Shown here: positions 1 through 13,629 of the stretch, in pieces
Layout: every line of letters begins with the position of its first letter
Position numbering within the stretch: position 1 is the first letter of the stretch
Origin: Octopus vulgaris
Taxonomy: Eukaryota
NCBI GenBank assembly: GCA_951406725.2
Contig: OX597816.1
Span: 171,430,001-171,494,000 of the forward strand
DNA length: 64,000 nucleotides
Direction of reading: 5' to 3'
Notes under the pieces: model-generated
Told to the model about the DNA's origin: nothing
Database searches by the model: none
The model's input: only the letters and a program-made list of their open reading frames with translations
Made by a program: the position numbers and the translations under genes

Positions 1-76
1 GTTGGGTAGTTCTCGAATTTTAGGGATTCACACAGACAGACTCACAGACAGACATTTTCAGTTTTATATATTAAGA
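1..76 (-). mobile_element. 5' end of non-autonomous Helitron-like element (truncated by window edge)
   Basis: Minus strand starts A|TCTTAATATATAAAACTG followed by (TCTG)n-like repeats, the same 5' architecture as the Helitrons at 33046 and 60447. Confidence 0.55.
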
Positions 77-713
77 TGGCTATAAAGCGATGGAATTTGA
101 GCATTATTCTTCAATCTATTATCGTTTACGGTATTAAATTTAAGCTACAAATATAACTTGAACGTAGAGAGAAACCATAGTTAGGTCACAAACATTAACT
201 AAACAATGTCTACATGATGGTATAGTTTGTAGTGAGGATAGTGTTAATGGCAAACTGTTGATGATGCTGATTAAGATGAGACCGAAGATGAATAGACTTT
301 AATAGAAAACATATGAAACAGAGATAAACAGATATATATCAGTTGCTCCGAGGAAATCAAAAAAGCCACCCACCCTTCCACCCCTGGGACTGTACAACAA
401 GCATAGCAATAAACCTAAATTAAAACCATATGTTTCTATTCCCATCAGACCATGTGCTTCTTGGTATACTCCAACAAACCAAAAGAATAAAGTTCTGCAA
501 CTTTTCAAAGCAGTGATATTCTTAAATCAATTTAAAAAACCTACAGCTGCATTATATTTTGCAGATGATGCAATATCTTCCATTATTGTGAGATACATTC
601 TGGTCCAACAATAAAATATTTGAAAAGAAATTAGAGGTCAAATCAAATGTCACACTTTGATGACTAAACTCTCGCTAAAAATCAGCAGCTAGAGAGAGAG
701 TCAATTGACATAT

Positions 714-1042
714 TTTAAAGACTCCGCCGGTTACGACGACGAGGGTCCCAGCTGATACGATCAACGGAACAGCTTGCTCGTGAAATTAACGTGCAAATGG
801 CTGAGCATTCCACAGACACATGTACCCGTAACGTAGTTCTCGGGGATAATCAGCGTGACACAGAGAGTGACAAGGCTGACCCTTTGAAATACAAGTACAA
901 CTCATTTTTGCCAGCTGAGTGGACTGGAGCAACGTGAAAAATAAAGTGTCTTGCTCAAGGACACAACGCGTCGCCGGGAATCGAACTCACAACCTTACGA
1001 TCATGAGCCAAATGTCCTAACCACTAAGCCACGCGCCCTCAC
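714..1042 (-). mobile_element. tRNA-derived SINE (family C)
   Basis: Minus strand has A box TGGCTTAGTGG and B box GTTCGATTCCC. Flanked by 12-bp TSD CAATTGACATAT (702-713, 1043-1054). 3' body is shared with the copy at 26877. Confidence 0.9.
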
Positions 1043-1576
1043 CAATTGACATATAAAGTTAGAGAGAAGATCAGCTTGTTATACATTATACAGCTGTTCA
1101 GAATATAACGGAAGATATCACAGAAACTGAAATTGTTAAAGTATATTTTAAATCCAAAATATCAATACAGTCTGAGGAGAACAGACATGAATGAAAAAGT
1201 AAAGATACTTCTAAAAAGCATGACAACTTGACAACTGATGTTGGTTTGTTTACTTCCCCATAACTTAGTAGTTCAGCAAAAGAGGCCAATAGAATAGTAC
1301 CAGGATTTAACAAAGAAAAAAAAAACATTCCTATAACAGTTTGGCAAAAAAAAAACTGATAGAATAAGTACTGAGCTTTAAAAAATAAGCCCTGGGGTCA
1401 ATTCATTCAACTAAAAATTCTTTAAGGTGATGCCCCAGCATGACCACAGTCCAATAACTGAAACAGATGTAAGATAAAAGATATGTACTAGAGTCAAGTC
1501 TTCAAGGCAGACAGCAAGTGCTCCAGCATGGCTTCAGTTCAATGACAGACAAGATAAAAGATAAAAGATAAAACAA

Positions 1577-1902
1577 TCCCACTGCGTGGCATCTTGGGCA
1601 AGTGTCTTCTGCTATAGCCCCAGGCCGACCAATGCCTTGTGAGTGGATTTGGTAGACGGAAACTGAAAGAAGCCTGTCGTATATGTGTATATATATGTGT
1701 GTGTTTGTGTGTGTGTTTGTTCCCCTAGCATTGCTTGACAACCGATGCTGGTGTGTTTACGTCCCGGTCACTTAGCAGTTCGGCAAAAGAGACCGATAGA
1801 ATAAGTACTGGGCTTACAAAGACTAAGCCCCGGGGTCGATTTGCTTGACTAAAGGCGGTGCTCCAGCATGGCCGCAGTCAAATGACTGAAACAAGTAAAA
1901 GA
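1577..1902 (+). mobile_element. SINE family A, 5'-truncated
   Basis: Near-identical to full-length family A copies: CTTGGGCAAGTGTCTT core, internal (TA)n(TG)n, AGTAAAAG tail. Confidence 0.9.
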
Positions 1903-3254
1903 CATGTCTTGGACAAGTAACTCTAAGTCAAAGAACATCTTGTGAGTGAATTTGGAAGACAGAAACCGAACGGAAACTGTCAGATATAAGTAAATATGTA
2001 TGTGTATAAGCTTGTGTGTGTGTCACCTTGTCTTAACATCACAATCATTGTAAATTAGTGTCAGTTTATGACAAAGTTGGGCTTTGTGTTTCCAATTTTC
2101 TGTGAAAACACATGCAGCCGGGAAGATATATTAACTAGCTTTGAAAAAGCAAGTCAATATATCAGTCAAAAGCAAGTCGATAGAATAAGTACTGGGCTTA
2201 CAAAGACTAAGTCTTGGGGTCGATTTGCTCGACTAAAGGTGGTGCTACAGCATGGCCGCAGTCAAATGACTGAAACAAGTAAAAGAGTAAAGAGTATGTG
2301 TGGAAAGAAATAATTTTGCTAGGAATGTTTTTAAAAATGCTTTTCTCGGTCTATGCAGTAAATGTTTTGATCAATATCAAGGGAAAAGCCTACATTAGGT
2401 GTATAACAATACAATATCATTGACAGAATGTACAACAGCTGCTTAAACACCAATGGCAGTATCAATATTGTGTTTGCTTTGTAAACATATTTCAGCATAG
2501 TAATACTGCAACAATTAGTGTAGAAGTGGATGCTAACTCAGTTAATAATCATTTATTTCAAACTACCAATCATCTTTAAAAAGGAAAAAAAAATTCAAGT
2601 AAAAACACAGAAAAAAAAATGTACTTTATAAAGGCAACTGTAGTGGGAGGCATCATGAATCTAAGCATGAGCTAATTGCTTCTATTTGCAAGTAAATCTT
2701 TAAACACTTGACCAGTTGATGAGGGGGTTGAAAACACTCATATACACTTTACATTAATATTGATTAGCAACTCATTGTGTTTCTCTTTTGTCTTTCGATT
2801 CCACAACAAGAGACTCGGTTGATTATATTGTGAATGCACTGCAATGAAAGAAGTCATAAAAGGCTAAATGCATCCATGTAGCTCCCTTTCGTAGGTAATG
2901 ATTTTTTAAATTGGACTTTCAAGGGATTATATAGTTAGATATTAATAGAACAAAATGAACGAGTCAATCCAATATATTTATACCCAACTAATTTACAAAA
3001 CCTTTTAATGAACAATGAGTACTTTATGATTTAGGCAATGTGTAGTTTTATGTAATGTGTAATTTATGAAAAAACACTTAACACATAATATTTGATTAAA
3101 ATAATAATTAAATGAAAACAGTTTAGAATGTTAATTATAGAAATATGATAGGATTATAAACATTAAAAAGAACCATAAGCCATTATTATCCAGAGAAAAG
3201 ACATCTCTTTAAGAAAATCTCTCTCTCTCTCTCTCTCTCTCCCTCTCATATATA

Positions 3255-3625
3255 TCATCATCATCATCATCATTTAGCATCCACTTTCCATGCTGGCATG
3301 GGTTGGATGGTTCAACTGGGGTCTGGGAAGCCAGAAGGCTGCACCAGGCCCAGTCTGATCTGGCAATGTTTCTACGGCTGGATGCCCTTCCTAACGCCAA
3401 CCACTCCATGAGTGTAGTGGGTGCTTTTTACGTGCCAGACGAAGCTGGCAAGCGGCCACAATTGTATGGTGCTTTTTACATGCCACCGGCACAGAGGCCA
3501 GTCGGGGCGGCGCTGGCAACGGCCACGTTCGGATGGTTCTCTTATGTGCCACCGGCACTAGTATCACAGCTACAATTTCCATTGATGTTGATCGATTTTG
3601 ATTTTGATTTTCACTTGCCTCAACA
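3255..3625 (-). mobile_element. Short retroelement with RTE-type 3' tail (family B)
   Basis: (ATG)n tail, CCATGCYAGCATGG stem, and GC-rich AAAAGCACC-containing repeat units. At least 10 copies in the window. Confidence 0.85.
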
Positions 3626-3657
3626 GTTTTATTGCAAAATCATGTGTCCCTTGTTTA

Positions 3658-4800
3658 TTTCTCACACTCAACATAGTTTACTTTGAACATTTTTGACAAA
3701 ATTTCATATTTTAGAAGTTATTTCGTGTTAAAGTCGTCATATTTGGGTAATTTTAACCAATCAACGACATGTATTCAGTTGAAAAAAGTTACTGCTGTTT
3801 GTAATAATAATCAAAGTGGAACAACTTCCGGGTCATCTCTACTAAATGTCACTACTCTGTTCTATTCATGTTATCCTTTCTTCCTTTCTAGTCAGCGCTG
3901 TGCATTCCTTACTCTTTCCATCTCTACTGGTAGACAGCCACTTCTACACTATCAACTACCAACCAGCAAGCGAACTTGTCACTGCCACTACAATTACCAT
4001 ATTTTCCAGTGTATAAGCCGCTATTTTTTACCTGGAAAATTTTTCAGGAGGAAAATAATTTGTGTATGGAGATCGACTGATTCCACTGATTTTTTCAGAG
4101 GAAAGGTCGGTTGGTGAACAACACTAAAGACCATGGCTACAGTACATTGGTGCCTGGAAGAAAACAAAGCATGCTTGTTTTGTTTTACCTTCAGGTTTTG
4201 TTAATGTTATTTTTAATCCAATAAAGACTTTTATATTGGTGAAATGTGTTTGTTGTTGATTATAGTAAGATAAAATCATAATACATCTCATAGTTGTAAA
4301 ATAAGGCGTCTTGAAACTACATACATGTCAACAACAAAAAAGCTAGCTGCGGACCAGTAGCTCTATAGGTCTTTTAAGTATGGGTGCGCTTTATGTGTGG
4401 ATAAAACCAAAATTTCCCCAAAATTTGGCCTGTAGCTTAAATACCAATGTCAGGCAGAGAAATGAATATATGTAATAATATTTCTTCCTTCTTGGTATTG
4501 ATTCTTCAATGTTTACGGGTTACTCCAACGCGGAAACCCAAAAGAGCAAAAAAAGTGTGTAATATGCAACACAGGCAGTAAACAAAAAATAAATACAACA
4601 GAATGGTGACATTTAGTAGAGATGACCCGGTAGTTGTTCCACTTTGATTATTATTGCAAACAGCAGTAACTTTCTTCAACTGAATACACATCTTTGATTG
4701 GTTAAAATTACCCAAATACAACAACTTTAATGCGAAATAACTTCTAAAATACAAAATTTTGTCAAAAATGTTCAAAGTAAACTGTGTTCTGCATGAGAAA
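3658..4800. mobile_element. Fold-back / long-TIR non-autonomous DNA element
   Basis: 3658-3866 and 4592-4800 are ~210-bp inverted repeats. The ORF track shows near-identical translations on opposite strands (3683+ and 4506-). Confidence 0.75.
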
Positions 4801-7800
4801 TTACACCAGTATACGAAATTTCAAACTGTTTAGTTTAAAAAGATCAATTAAAAATCTGTGAGCCAAACTGAACAGATCCAAGGGGGAAAATAAACCTCGT
4901 TAATTTTGGAGGGTACTACACTAGTATGATTATGTTACTTCATGCAAGATCTTAATTAAGAGATTGACTCAATTCAGAATAATTTATAACTAGTAATACA
5001 AATACATTTTATTCCAATTATTTAATACTCTTCACAATTTTCTAGTTGACCCCAAGAAATAATTTCCTTTAATTTGTAAGAATATATTTTAATTCCTTAT
5101 TTGTCTAACTGATCCATTATATATCACTTCTAGAACCTCCTTTTCTTCTTCCTAATATTCTAATGACTAATCCTACCCCTCAAAAAACCTTGTGGCCTTA
5201 CGTGGTATTTATTCCGGCTCTTTATGTTCTGAGTTCAAATCCTGCTGCGTTCAACTCAGCCTTTCATTTTTCAGAGTCAGCAAGATAAAGTACAAGTCAT
5301 ATACCTTAGTCAACAGTATCAACTAAACCAGTCCTATCAAGTTTCGAGTCCTGTGCCTATATTAGAAACATTATTAATCATCATTATTGTTGTTGTTATT
5401 ACTATTATTCCTTCAAATCACAACTGGCCATTTTAAAGGAAAGACAGATCAGCCAGTATCTTGCATATACAAAAAGAGACGAGATGGTCATGACTAAAGT
5501 GGCTTTAATTATAGATCTGCTCATTCAAAATTGACCTAAAGCTAAACAAAATCAACTGAACCAGTTTTAACTTGAATAAGGATAGATGAAACATTACTAG
5601 AGATGATTAAGACACTAATTCCCTCCTTTATCTTCATATAAAATTCAAATGTTTCGCCTATTTCCATAAGTTTAAAGTGATAATGACAATGACCTCCCAT
5701 AATTTCCAATATAGACAAGAATGGGTTATTGTAAGAGAGTGCATCTAACTTGACTCCTTAAAATGCAAGATAAATAGCTAAGTGGACACCCTAACCCTTT
5801 TCTGTCACAAGTTACAATGACAAATTTAGCATTATCCTTTTCTTTTTCACTATTTTTATCCTTCTAAAAATCTATTAAAGTTCTATTAGAAGATAGTTAT
5901 GAGAGAGAGAGAGAGTCACATGAACATACTGAGGATGACAGCCTCAAAGTAAGCATCCATGTTGAATACAAGGTATCCTATTAAACATGCCTTTAAATTA
6001 TGAAAATCATTTGAAAAGAAATGTGAAGTATAATTAGTGAAGTAGCTTCAGCTGAACAACTCAAGACTAGAGAAATAATCCCATACAGCCAAATAAAAGA
6101 TGAACTAGATGACCAAAGATATTTTTAAATAAAACAGGGACTTCTCAGATACTATGCCACAATTTTATAGAAGAGATGAAAATGATAATAAATAATTAAT
6201 CACCACCATAAAATTTATTCAGATCAGTGGAAAAAAATCTTAAATTAGGTTGAATGTTGTTATTCTTCTGACTCAAACCATGTTCACATGATAAGAATAT
6301 TCAATTAGGTCAATGTTTTTAACTTTAGGAATATAACAGAAATTGTTAGAAATAAGTTTTTCATCTGTTTTGCTAATTTCTTAAATTGAAGCATTAAGAT
6401 TAATAGGTGAGTTATAAAATTCTTGACCTGAAGCAGGACATACAACCAACAATGGTTTATTTGAAACAGTGTCGGTTGGCTTGTTATGATACAGGACTAC
6501 TGAAACAGATCATAAGTTTAATGCCTGCAATTGACATTGTATTTATAATCAGGAGATAGTATGCTCCTTCCTTGCAAGCTAAAGTTAAATCTCATTAAAC
6601 ACCCCAGATAAGTGACTTCCATTAAGATTGAACACTGAGCTACATTGGGAAACACCCGCATGGTCATTTGATTGCTAAAAATTAGTCAAATTTCTTTTTA
6701 AGATAATCTGACACAAAGAAAGGACTTGTTAGATTATGTAGTGCTACATACCCCTAAAAAGACGGGATAATTAGAGCTGGACCGTCATAGACTATAAATA
6801 GGAGTCATCTAGGTTGACCAGGAGTTAAACAAAAATAACAACATCAAGCAATAAAGTATTTGCACCAAAATTCATACTTATACTGCAAAAATGTTCCCCA
6901 CTGTCAATAACACTGCCAAAGTTATACTTGAGTTAAACATTTCAGTGGATAGAAACAATGGATGCAAACAAATATTCAAATTATAAAAAATATAAATAAA
7001 ACTCAAAATCTTCAGTGGTTTGAAAACCACTTAAAGAAAGTAACTGATATGTCAGAAACAAAGAACAAACCCCAACTTGAAGACAACTAGAGCTATGTGA
7101 CCATGTTACTCACACTATGTATGTATTCTACACTCTATAAAAATGGGAAAATCTACCTACACAGGCAGCTTACAAATGTAATTCTAACAGCATAACAGCT
7201 GTTGCAAAGATGTGACTTCTGTACGAATTTGTCTGCAACACTTCAGTTTTAAATATTCCCCGCTTTACATTAATTTGAAAGACTTTTGAAAAATAAATAA
7301 TGTTCACACAAAAAAATAAACACGTAATGTATTAGAAATATATTGGCATTCTGTGTTACAGATTTGTAGAAATGAAGAGAAATAATATATGTAGGTATGA
7401 GAGAGTGCCCCCAAAATATTGTGTGCTAAATGTTGGCATACAAAAATAACCTTAGTTACAGGAGTCTCTGGTGTTACTTCAAGGTTCCTCATATCTCATG
7501 TTAAGAACACTCTACAGTGACAAAGTAACCTTTTAAAGGCCCACACCTATTTAATTGGATGCCTCAAAATCTAAGAGATGCAACTGTGATTTCAGTTAAT
7601 GTGGATAAACAACATGCGGATTATCTACTTTCAAATGTCTGCCCAGCAAGACATCTAAAACTGATTATATAACAAAAGCAGAGAGGTCACAATCAAAACA
7701 TCCACTTTCCTTAAACACACAGACACACACAATCTTAACAAAGACGACACAAATGCCAAATAAGAAAAGTACAACTTGAAGTGAAATTAATGGAATGCCA

Positions 7801-8066
7801 AGTAGACGGAAACTGAAAGAAGCCTGTCGTTTATATGTATATATATAAATGTGTGTGTGTGTGTGTCTGTGTTTGTCCCCCTAGCATTGCTTGATAACCG
7901 ATGCTGGTGTGTTTATGTCCCCGTCACTTAGTGGTTCGGCAAAAGAGACCGATAGAATAAGTACTGGGCTTGCAAAGAATAAGTCCTGGGGTCGATTTGC
8001 TTGACTAAAGGTGGTGCTCCAGCATGGCCGCAGTCAAATGACTGAAACAAGTAAAATAGTAAAGAG
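7801..8066 (+). mobile_element. SINE family A, 5'-truncated
   Basis: Matches the 3' two-thirds of family A. Confidence 0.9.
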
Positions 8067-8105
8067 AAAAGGAGAATATCCCAATAAGAAGTTCTGAATT
8101 TTTAA

Positions 8106-8326
8106 CCCTTTAGCATTTAAACCGGCCATATCCGGCCAAAAGTATTCTGCCTGTTTTATGTCCAAAATGGCCAGATCTGGTCTCTCACACCAACCCTACA
8201 ATATCATCTTAAAAATTAACAGCTACCTCATCAAAATCTCAAAGCTACAAGATAATGCCTGATTAGTTCAAACCAATGTGGATGAAAAAGCATTAATTTT
8301 GGTAGAATAATGTGAACACTCAAGGG
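8106..8326. mobile_element. piggyBac-type MITE
   Basis: TTAA|CCCTTTAG...AAGGG|TCAA, ~220 bp, homologous to copies at 42484, 42907, 47460 and 53367. Confidence 0.8.
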
Positions 8327-9299
8327 TCAAATTGAACTCTCCAACTTTTAGAAAACAACATGGGTGTAAATACATAAAATGTAAAAATTGTGAATTATAG
8401 CTTCATTACATCTCCATCTACCTGAACTATCTAAATTCATACCATTGGCCTACTTGAGTACTTCCCCTTGGACCATAATTTTTTTTTGGTAACTGCAGAC
8501 ATGTTATGGCTACCCGACAGAGTTTTATGAGATGTTGTGCTTAATTAAGGAAATTGCAAAGTATGACCACTAATTTTGGAATGCAATCTGTAATTTCACT
8601 CTTACAGCAACTTGGATAAATTTTAGGAATTCAAAAATTACACTTTCTTCTTGGCCAAAAGGCCACTTCTTGACATTTTAGCTAAGATCAAAGAATTTCA
8701 CAACTTAAAAACCTCAATACGAAAGAGAGATGTCAAGGTGATTCCTAAGTATGACCGCTGTCCAATGACAAACAGAAGATGTGTGTGTACACATGTTTAT
8801 GTACATAGCACTATAAACACTGAGTATGAGATGGAATATTTCATTGTGAATATGTGTGTGTGTATCTATATACATATCCTTTCCTTTAAAGAAAATTCCA
8901 GATTCACCTTTTCCATACACTGTGTGTGTGTGTGTGTGTGTGTGTCCAGCTTCAGCAGCAAAAAAAAAAAACAATACAATCACCACTATTATAACCAACA
9001 ATATCAACAAGATAAACAATTACATCTGGAATATAAAGACCAATCGCATGGTACTCTGGTGTATTTTGAACATTGAACGAAATGTCTTTGATCTTTAGTC
9101 AATTAAAATTAACTTCGAACTAAACAGTAACAACAATGCAATTAACAAGAATGATATATGCACTGTCACCACCAACAATACCCCAACCATGATCACCACC
9201 AACACAAAAAAACAATACAACTATCACCATCACAAGCAACCTGCCAAGTTTCCAATAACCAACTGGTATTAAATTGATTTAAAATGCCTTGACAGTACA

Positions 9300-9497
9300 C
9301 TGGTTTTAATTTTGGTATAAGGCCAGCAATTTCAAGTGAGGGAGTAAGTTGATTACATCAACCCCAGTGTTCAACTGGTACTTATTTTATCAACCCTGAA
9401 AGGATGAAAGACAAAGTCAACCACAGTGGAATTTGAACTCAGAAGGTTAAGACGGACGAAATGCATTTTGACTGGCGTGCCAATGATTCTGCCAGCT
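9300..9497 (-). mobile_element. Meta-domain SINE, diverged
   Basis: Reverse complement of the CTTTCATCCTTTCRGGGTYGATAAA...AGTACCAG core. Confidence 0.7.
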
Positions 9498-11045
9498 TTT
9501 TAACTTAAAAATGCTTTAATAGTATATTAAAAATGTGTTTAATTAAGAAATAAAACCTAAAAATACATTTGGAATAGGTTTTATCAGTTGATGGTAAGGA
9601 AAAAGAAAAATTTGGTTTCATTGTAGAATAGGTATTTTTCGAGATAGCAGCATATTTGTACTAGAGTAGATACTTTATAAAACAAGATCAAGGATTAGAA
9701 TTCTATGGTTTCATGCAAGCTTTGATCAGCTTAATCTTTCATTACTTTAAGATTCCTTAAATAGGTTTCAGGAAATCAAAAGGGTAAATCAGACACAGAT
9801 TGCCAAATTGATTAAATGTTTGACTTAATTGAGTCACACCCACAGCTGAAATCATGCCAGAGCTCTTCTTTATCATTAACAAACTCAACGTGATTTGATG
9901 ATAAAAAGACAAACATTAATTTAATTTTGAAATGGAAAAAAAAAATCAATTATAATAAAATGAAAATTTCAATATTTGTATTAGGAATTACTGTCACAAA
10001 CAAATATATGAAACGATTTAGGAACGTATAGAAGTTGACAAAAGAGAATAATAAAAAGAACGGATTTGCAACAGAGAAAAGTAATCAATTAATAATGAAC
10101 TTTAGCTAAAAATCTGGCATACACTTCAGTGTGGTTGTAATTATAACAGAATGAATTACTTCTAATTTCAACATAAAAAGTCATCAACATCAACTAGTAC
10201 TTATTTTATCAACCCTGATACGACCAGTTTTGAATAACCACATAAGACCTATTTTTGGAGAAGAATAACTTAGCCAATTATGTCAAACTCCAATATATTA
10301 AGGACTTATTAATGACCCCTTCCCTACCAATCAGGCGATATTGACAAAGGATTTTATCATAGAACTGAGAGGAAACAATGCTGAATACTATAATAAATTT
10401 ACATTCTCAATCTAACCACTTTCACTGCCTTTAATGTATTACTAAAACTCTCCAGTTTATCTCTTAGTATGTATCTTCATATCAACCAAAATGGTGCATT
10501 ATAACAATTTTTTAATGAAAATTCCTAAAATGTGGTAGATACTTAAATTTGGTTAAGTATCTAAAAGATATTTACTGTTAGTTTATTGAAATGGAAATAG
10601 AACTGTAGGAAGTAAAAGGGAAAACTGAAATGACAGAATTTAATTAGTTTCTGTGTAAATGCATACATCTATAGGCAAAGGCATGGCAGCGTGGTTAAGA
10701 AATTTGCTTCCCAACCAAGCAGTTTCTGGTCCCACTTGCACAATACTTGAGGCAAGTGTCCTACTATAACGCCCAGATCAATTAAAGCCATGTGAGTGAA
10801 TTTGATAAAGACGTCTGTCATGCATGTGGACGCATGCTCACATCTGTGTGTTTTGTATATATATCCTTCAAAATCATCATTTAACATTTATCTTCCATGC
10901 ATGCATGGGTGCCCTACAAAAACCACATGCTACAAGCAATTTATTACTATCACTTTTCCTATCAACAAATCATCTGCACATTTCACATTTTCAAGGACAT
11001 GTAAATTAAGAGATACCTCCCTAGAAAAAAAGTTAAGGTTCAGCA

Positions 11046-11203
11046 AGGAGTGGCTGTGTGGTAAGTAGCTTGCTAACCAGCCACATGGTTCCAGGTTCAG
11101 TCCCACTGCGTGGCATCTTGGGCAAGTGTCTTCTGCTATAGCCCCAGGCCGACCAATGCCTTGTGAGTGGATTTGGTAGACGGAAACTGAAAGAAGCCCA
11201 TCG

Positions 11204-11238
<35 letters not shown>

Positions 11239-11446
11239 TTGTGTGTCTGTCCCCCTAGCATTGCTTGACAACCGATGCTGGTGTGTTTACATCCCCGTCA
11301 CTTAGCGGTTCGGCAAAAGTGACCAATAGAATAAGTACTGGGCTTACAAAGAATAAGTCCCAGGGTCGATTTGCTCGACTAAAAGGCGGTGCTCCAGCAT
11401 GACCGCAGTCAAATGACTGAAACAAGTAAAAGAGTAAAAGAGTAAG
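11046..11446 (+). mobile_element. SINE family A
   Basis: tRNA-like head (TGGCTGTGTGG A box, GGTTCAGTCCC B box), CORE-like CTTGGGCAAGT, internal microsatellite, (AGTAAAAG)n tail. Confidence 0.93.
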
Positions 11447-11773
11447 ATGGGCAATCAGCTGCACAACTATTCCTTGATAATATATTCATCTAACTCTTGT
11501 TAGCATGGAAAAATGGCCGTAAAATTAACTAACAAATAAATACATATTTCCTTCAATTAAAATTTTTTTTATTTGCATTTCACTAACTTGCCTTAATAGG
11601 AAACTATAGAGACATTCAAGTCAAGAGCATCCAAGTTTTTTTTTTTCCCCAGCTATAATCTATCTAATCTAGTATTACATGACATGTGATAAAGAGAGGC
11701 CAGGATGGAGTGGAAATATTGCTTGTCTTTCATACACATCTAGTCTTTCATACATATATATTTCACTATATAA

Positions 11774-11970
11774 AAGGCGGCGAGCTGGCAGAAACATTAG
11801 CACGCCGGGCGAAATGCGTAGCCGTATTTCGTCTGTCGTTCAGTTCATCCTTTCGGGGTCGATAAATTAAGTACCAGTTACGCACTGGGGTCGATGTAAC
11901 CGACTTAATCCGTTTGTCTGTCCTTGTTTATCCCCTCTGTGTTTAGCCCCTTGTGGGTAGTAAAGAAATA
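11774..11970 (+). mobile_element. Meta-domain SINE with internal deletion
   Basis: GGCGGCGAGCTGGCAGAA head, TTCATCCTTTCGGGGTCGATAAATTAAGTACCAG core, AGTAAAGAAATA tail. Confidence 0.85.
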
Positions 11971-13230
11971 TATATTTTACTAGTTTCAACTCAAGGGCCA
12001 TGGCCTTGTTGGAATGACCGGATTTTCATTACAGTGTGTTATTGTAATGCAAATATTTTTAAGAAACAAAACAAACTGGGTACTTCTGTTACAGAGAATA
12101 TAAACAGCATTTGAAACCAAATTTAAACAGTATTATCCCAATTCATCATCTCTTTCAATAAATTGTTTACCAGCCAAGTGCTTTGTTTCCCAGGCAATAC
12201 CAGGTATCCTAAAAGTCTACTCTAAAAATTAATAATTTGGCATAAAATAAAATTTATGAAGGAGCTTTCTACCTTTAAAAAAAACAATTCTGTAATGCAC
12301 CAATCTAAGTTGCACTTCTTAAAGCCGTTCGGTCTCCATATCCCATTTTTTGGTTTCCCCAAAATTGGCCTCACACAAATTTGGTTTTTCAGCAAAAGCA
12401 TTCCAAAGATTTTGGATTTCATAAAATCCAGATTTCAACAGTGGATTTCAAACCTTAACTTCATAAAAGCTGTCTATCAATTCAGCGTTCAACCTTGGGT
12501 TTCAAACCTTGGTATGTAGAAACCTTGGATGTCGAACCTTGGACCTAAACGTAATTAAATCTAATGTCATAGTTTAGTTTGGGCTAATAACTATAGTGTC
12601 CCCCATTTTAACAATGGACTTCACCCTTACAGTGCAGCATGAAAACTCTTTTCTAATAACAATATTATAAAAACATTGTAACCTGAATGAATATTCTCAG
12701 GTTTTCCTGGAGAATCTTTGTAACTGGATTCCTCATTATTAGTTTTTGAAAAAAAGAAATGAAGAAATAAAAACTGATGCTATTTTATAGTAAATCAGAT
12801 TAAGGCAGAAAGCAGAAGAGTGAAGGTTTAGTATTAAGATATCTATTACGAGCGATATGATAAGTCAAAAGCAAACAGCTCTCTATTGCTCACCAACCAA
12901 TAGTAAATATGTAGCTTACAGTGGCAGATGTAAGCAAAAAGAGAACTATATCATTGATAACTCATTTAATAACTTTCAGTGTTAAATTCAAATCCTACAC
13001 TGGGTGTGGGATAAGGCAACAGTAAACTTCTGCAGTGTAGCTTCCTCATGATAACAGCATGTAGAGCAAATCTGCAATGATGACCCAACAAACAAAATAG
13101 AGGAGGTCAAACTACATAAAACTTGAAATAATAATTTTTTTTTTAAATCAAAATTTTATTTTTCTAAGACTGAAAACAAAATACAGATTAGAATGTTTTT
13201 AGAAAATATTAAAAAAAAAAAACTGATCAT

Positions 13231-13395
13231 AGGCGCAGGAGTGGCTGTGTGGTAAGTAGCTTGCCAACCAACCACATGGTTCCGTGTTCAGTCCCACTGC
13301 ATGGCATCTTGGGCAAGTGTCTTCTGCTATAGCCCCGGGCCGACCAATGCCTTGTGAGTGGATTTGGTAGACGGAAACTGAAAGAAACCCGTCAT

Positions 13396-13427
<32 letters not shown>

Positions 13428-13629
13428 CTGTGTTTGTCCCCCTAGCATTGCTTGACAACCGATGCTGGTGTGTTTACGTCCCTGTCACTTAGCAGTTCGG
13501 CAAAACAGACCGATAGAATAAGTACTGGGCTTACAAAGAATAAGTCCCGGGGTCGATTTGCTCGACTAAAGGCGGTGCTCCAGCATGGCCACAGTCAAAT
13601 GATTGAAACAAGTAAAAGAGTAAAGAGAG
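13231..13629 (+). mobile_element. SINE family A, full length
   Basis: Starts AGGCGCAGGAGTGGCTGTGTGG; complete body and tail. Confidence 0.95.

Noticed and set aside
299-508. ORF with RVGGFF resembling the PIX DH domain
   Set aside because: Similarity is limited to a few residues, there are no fitting splice sites, and the rest of the SH3 would have to come first.
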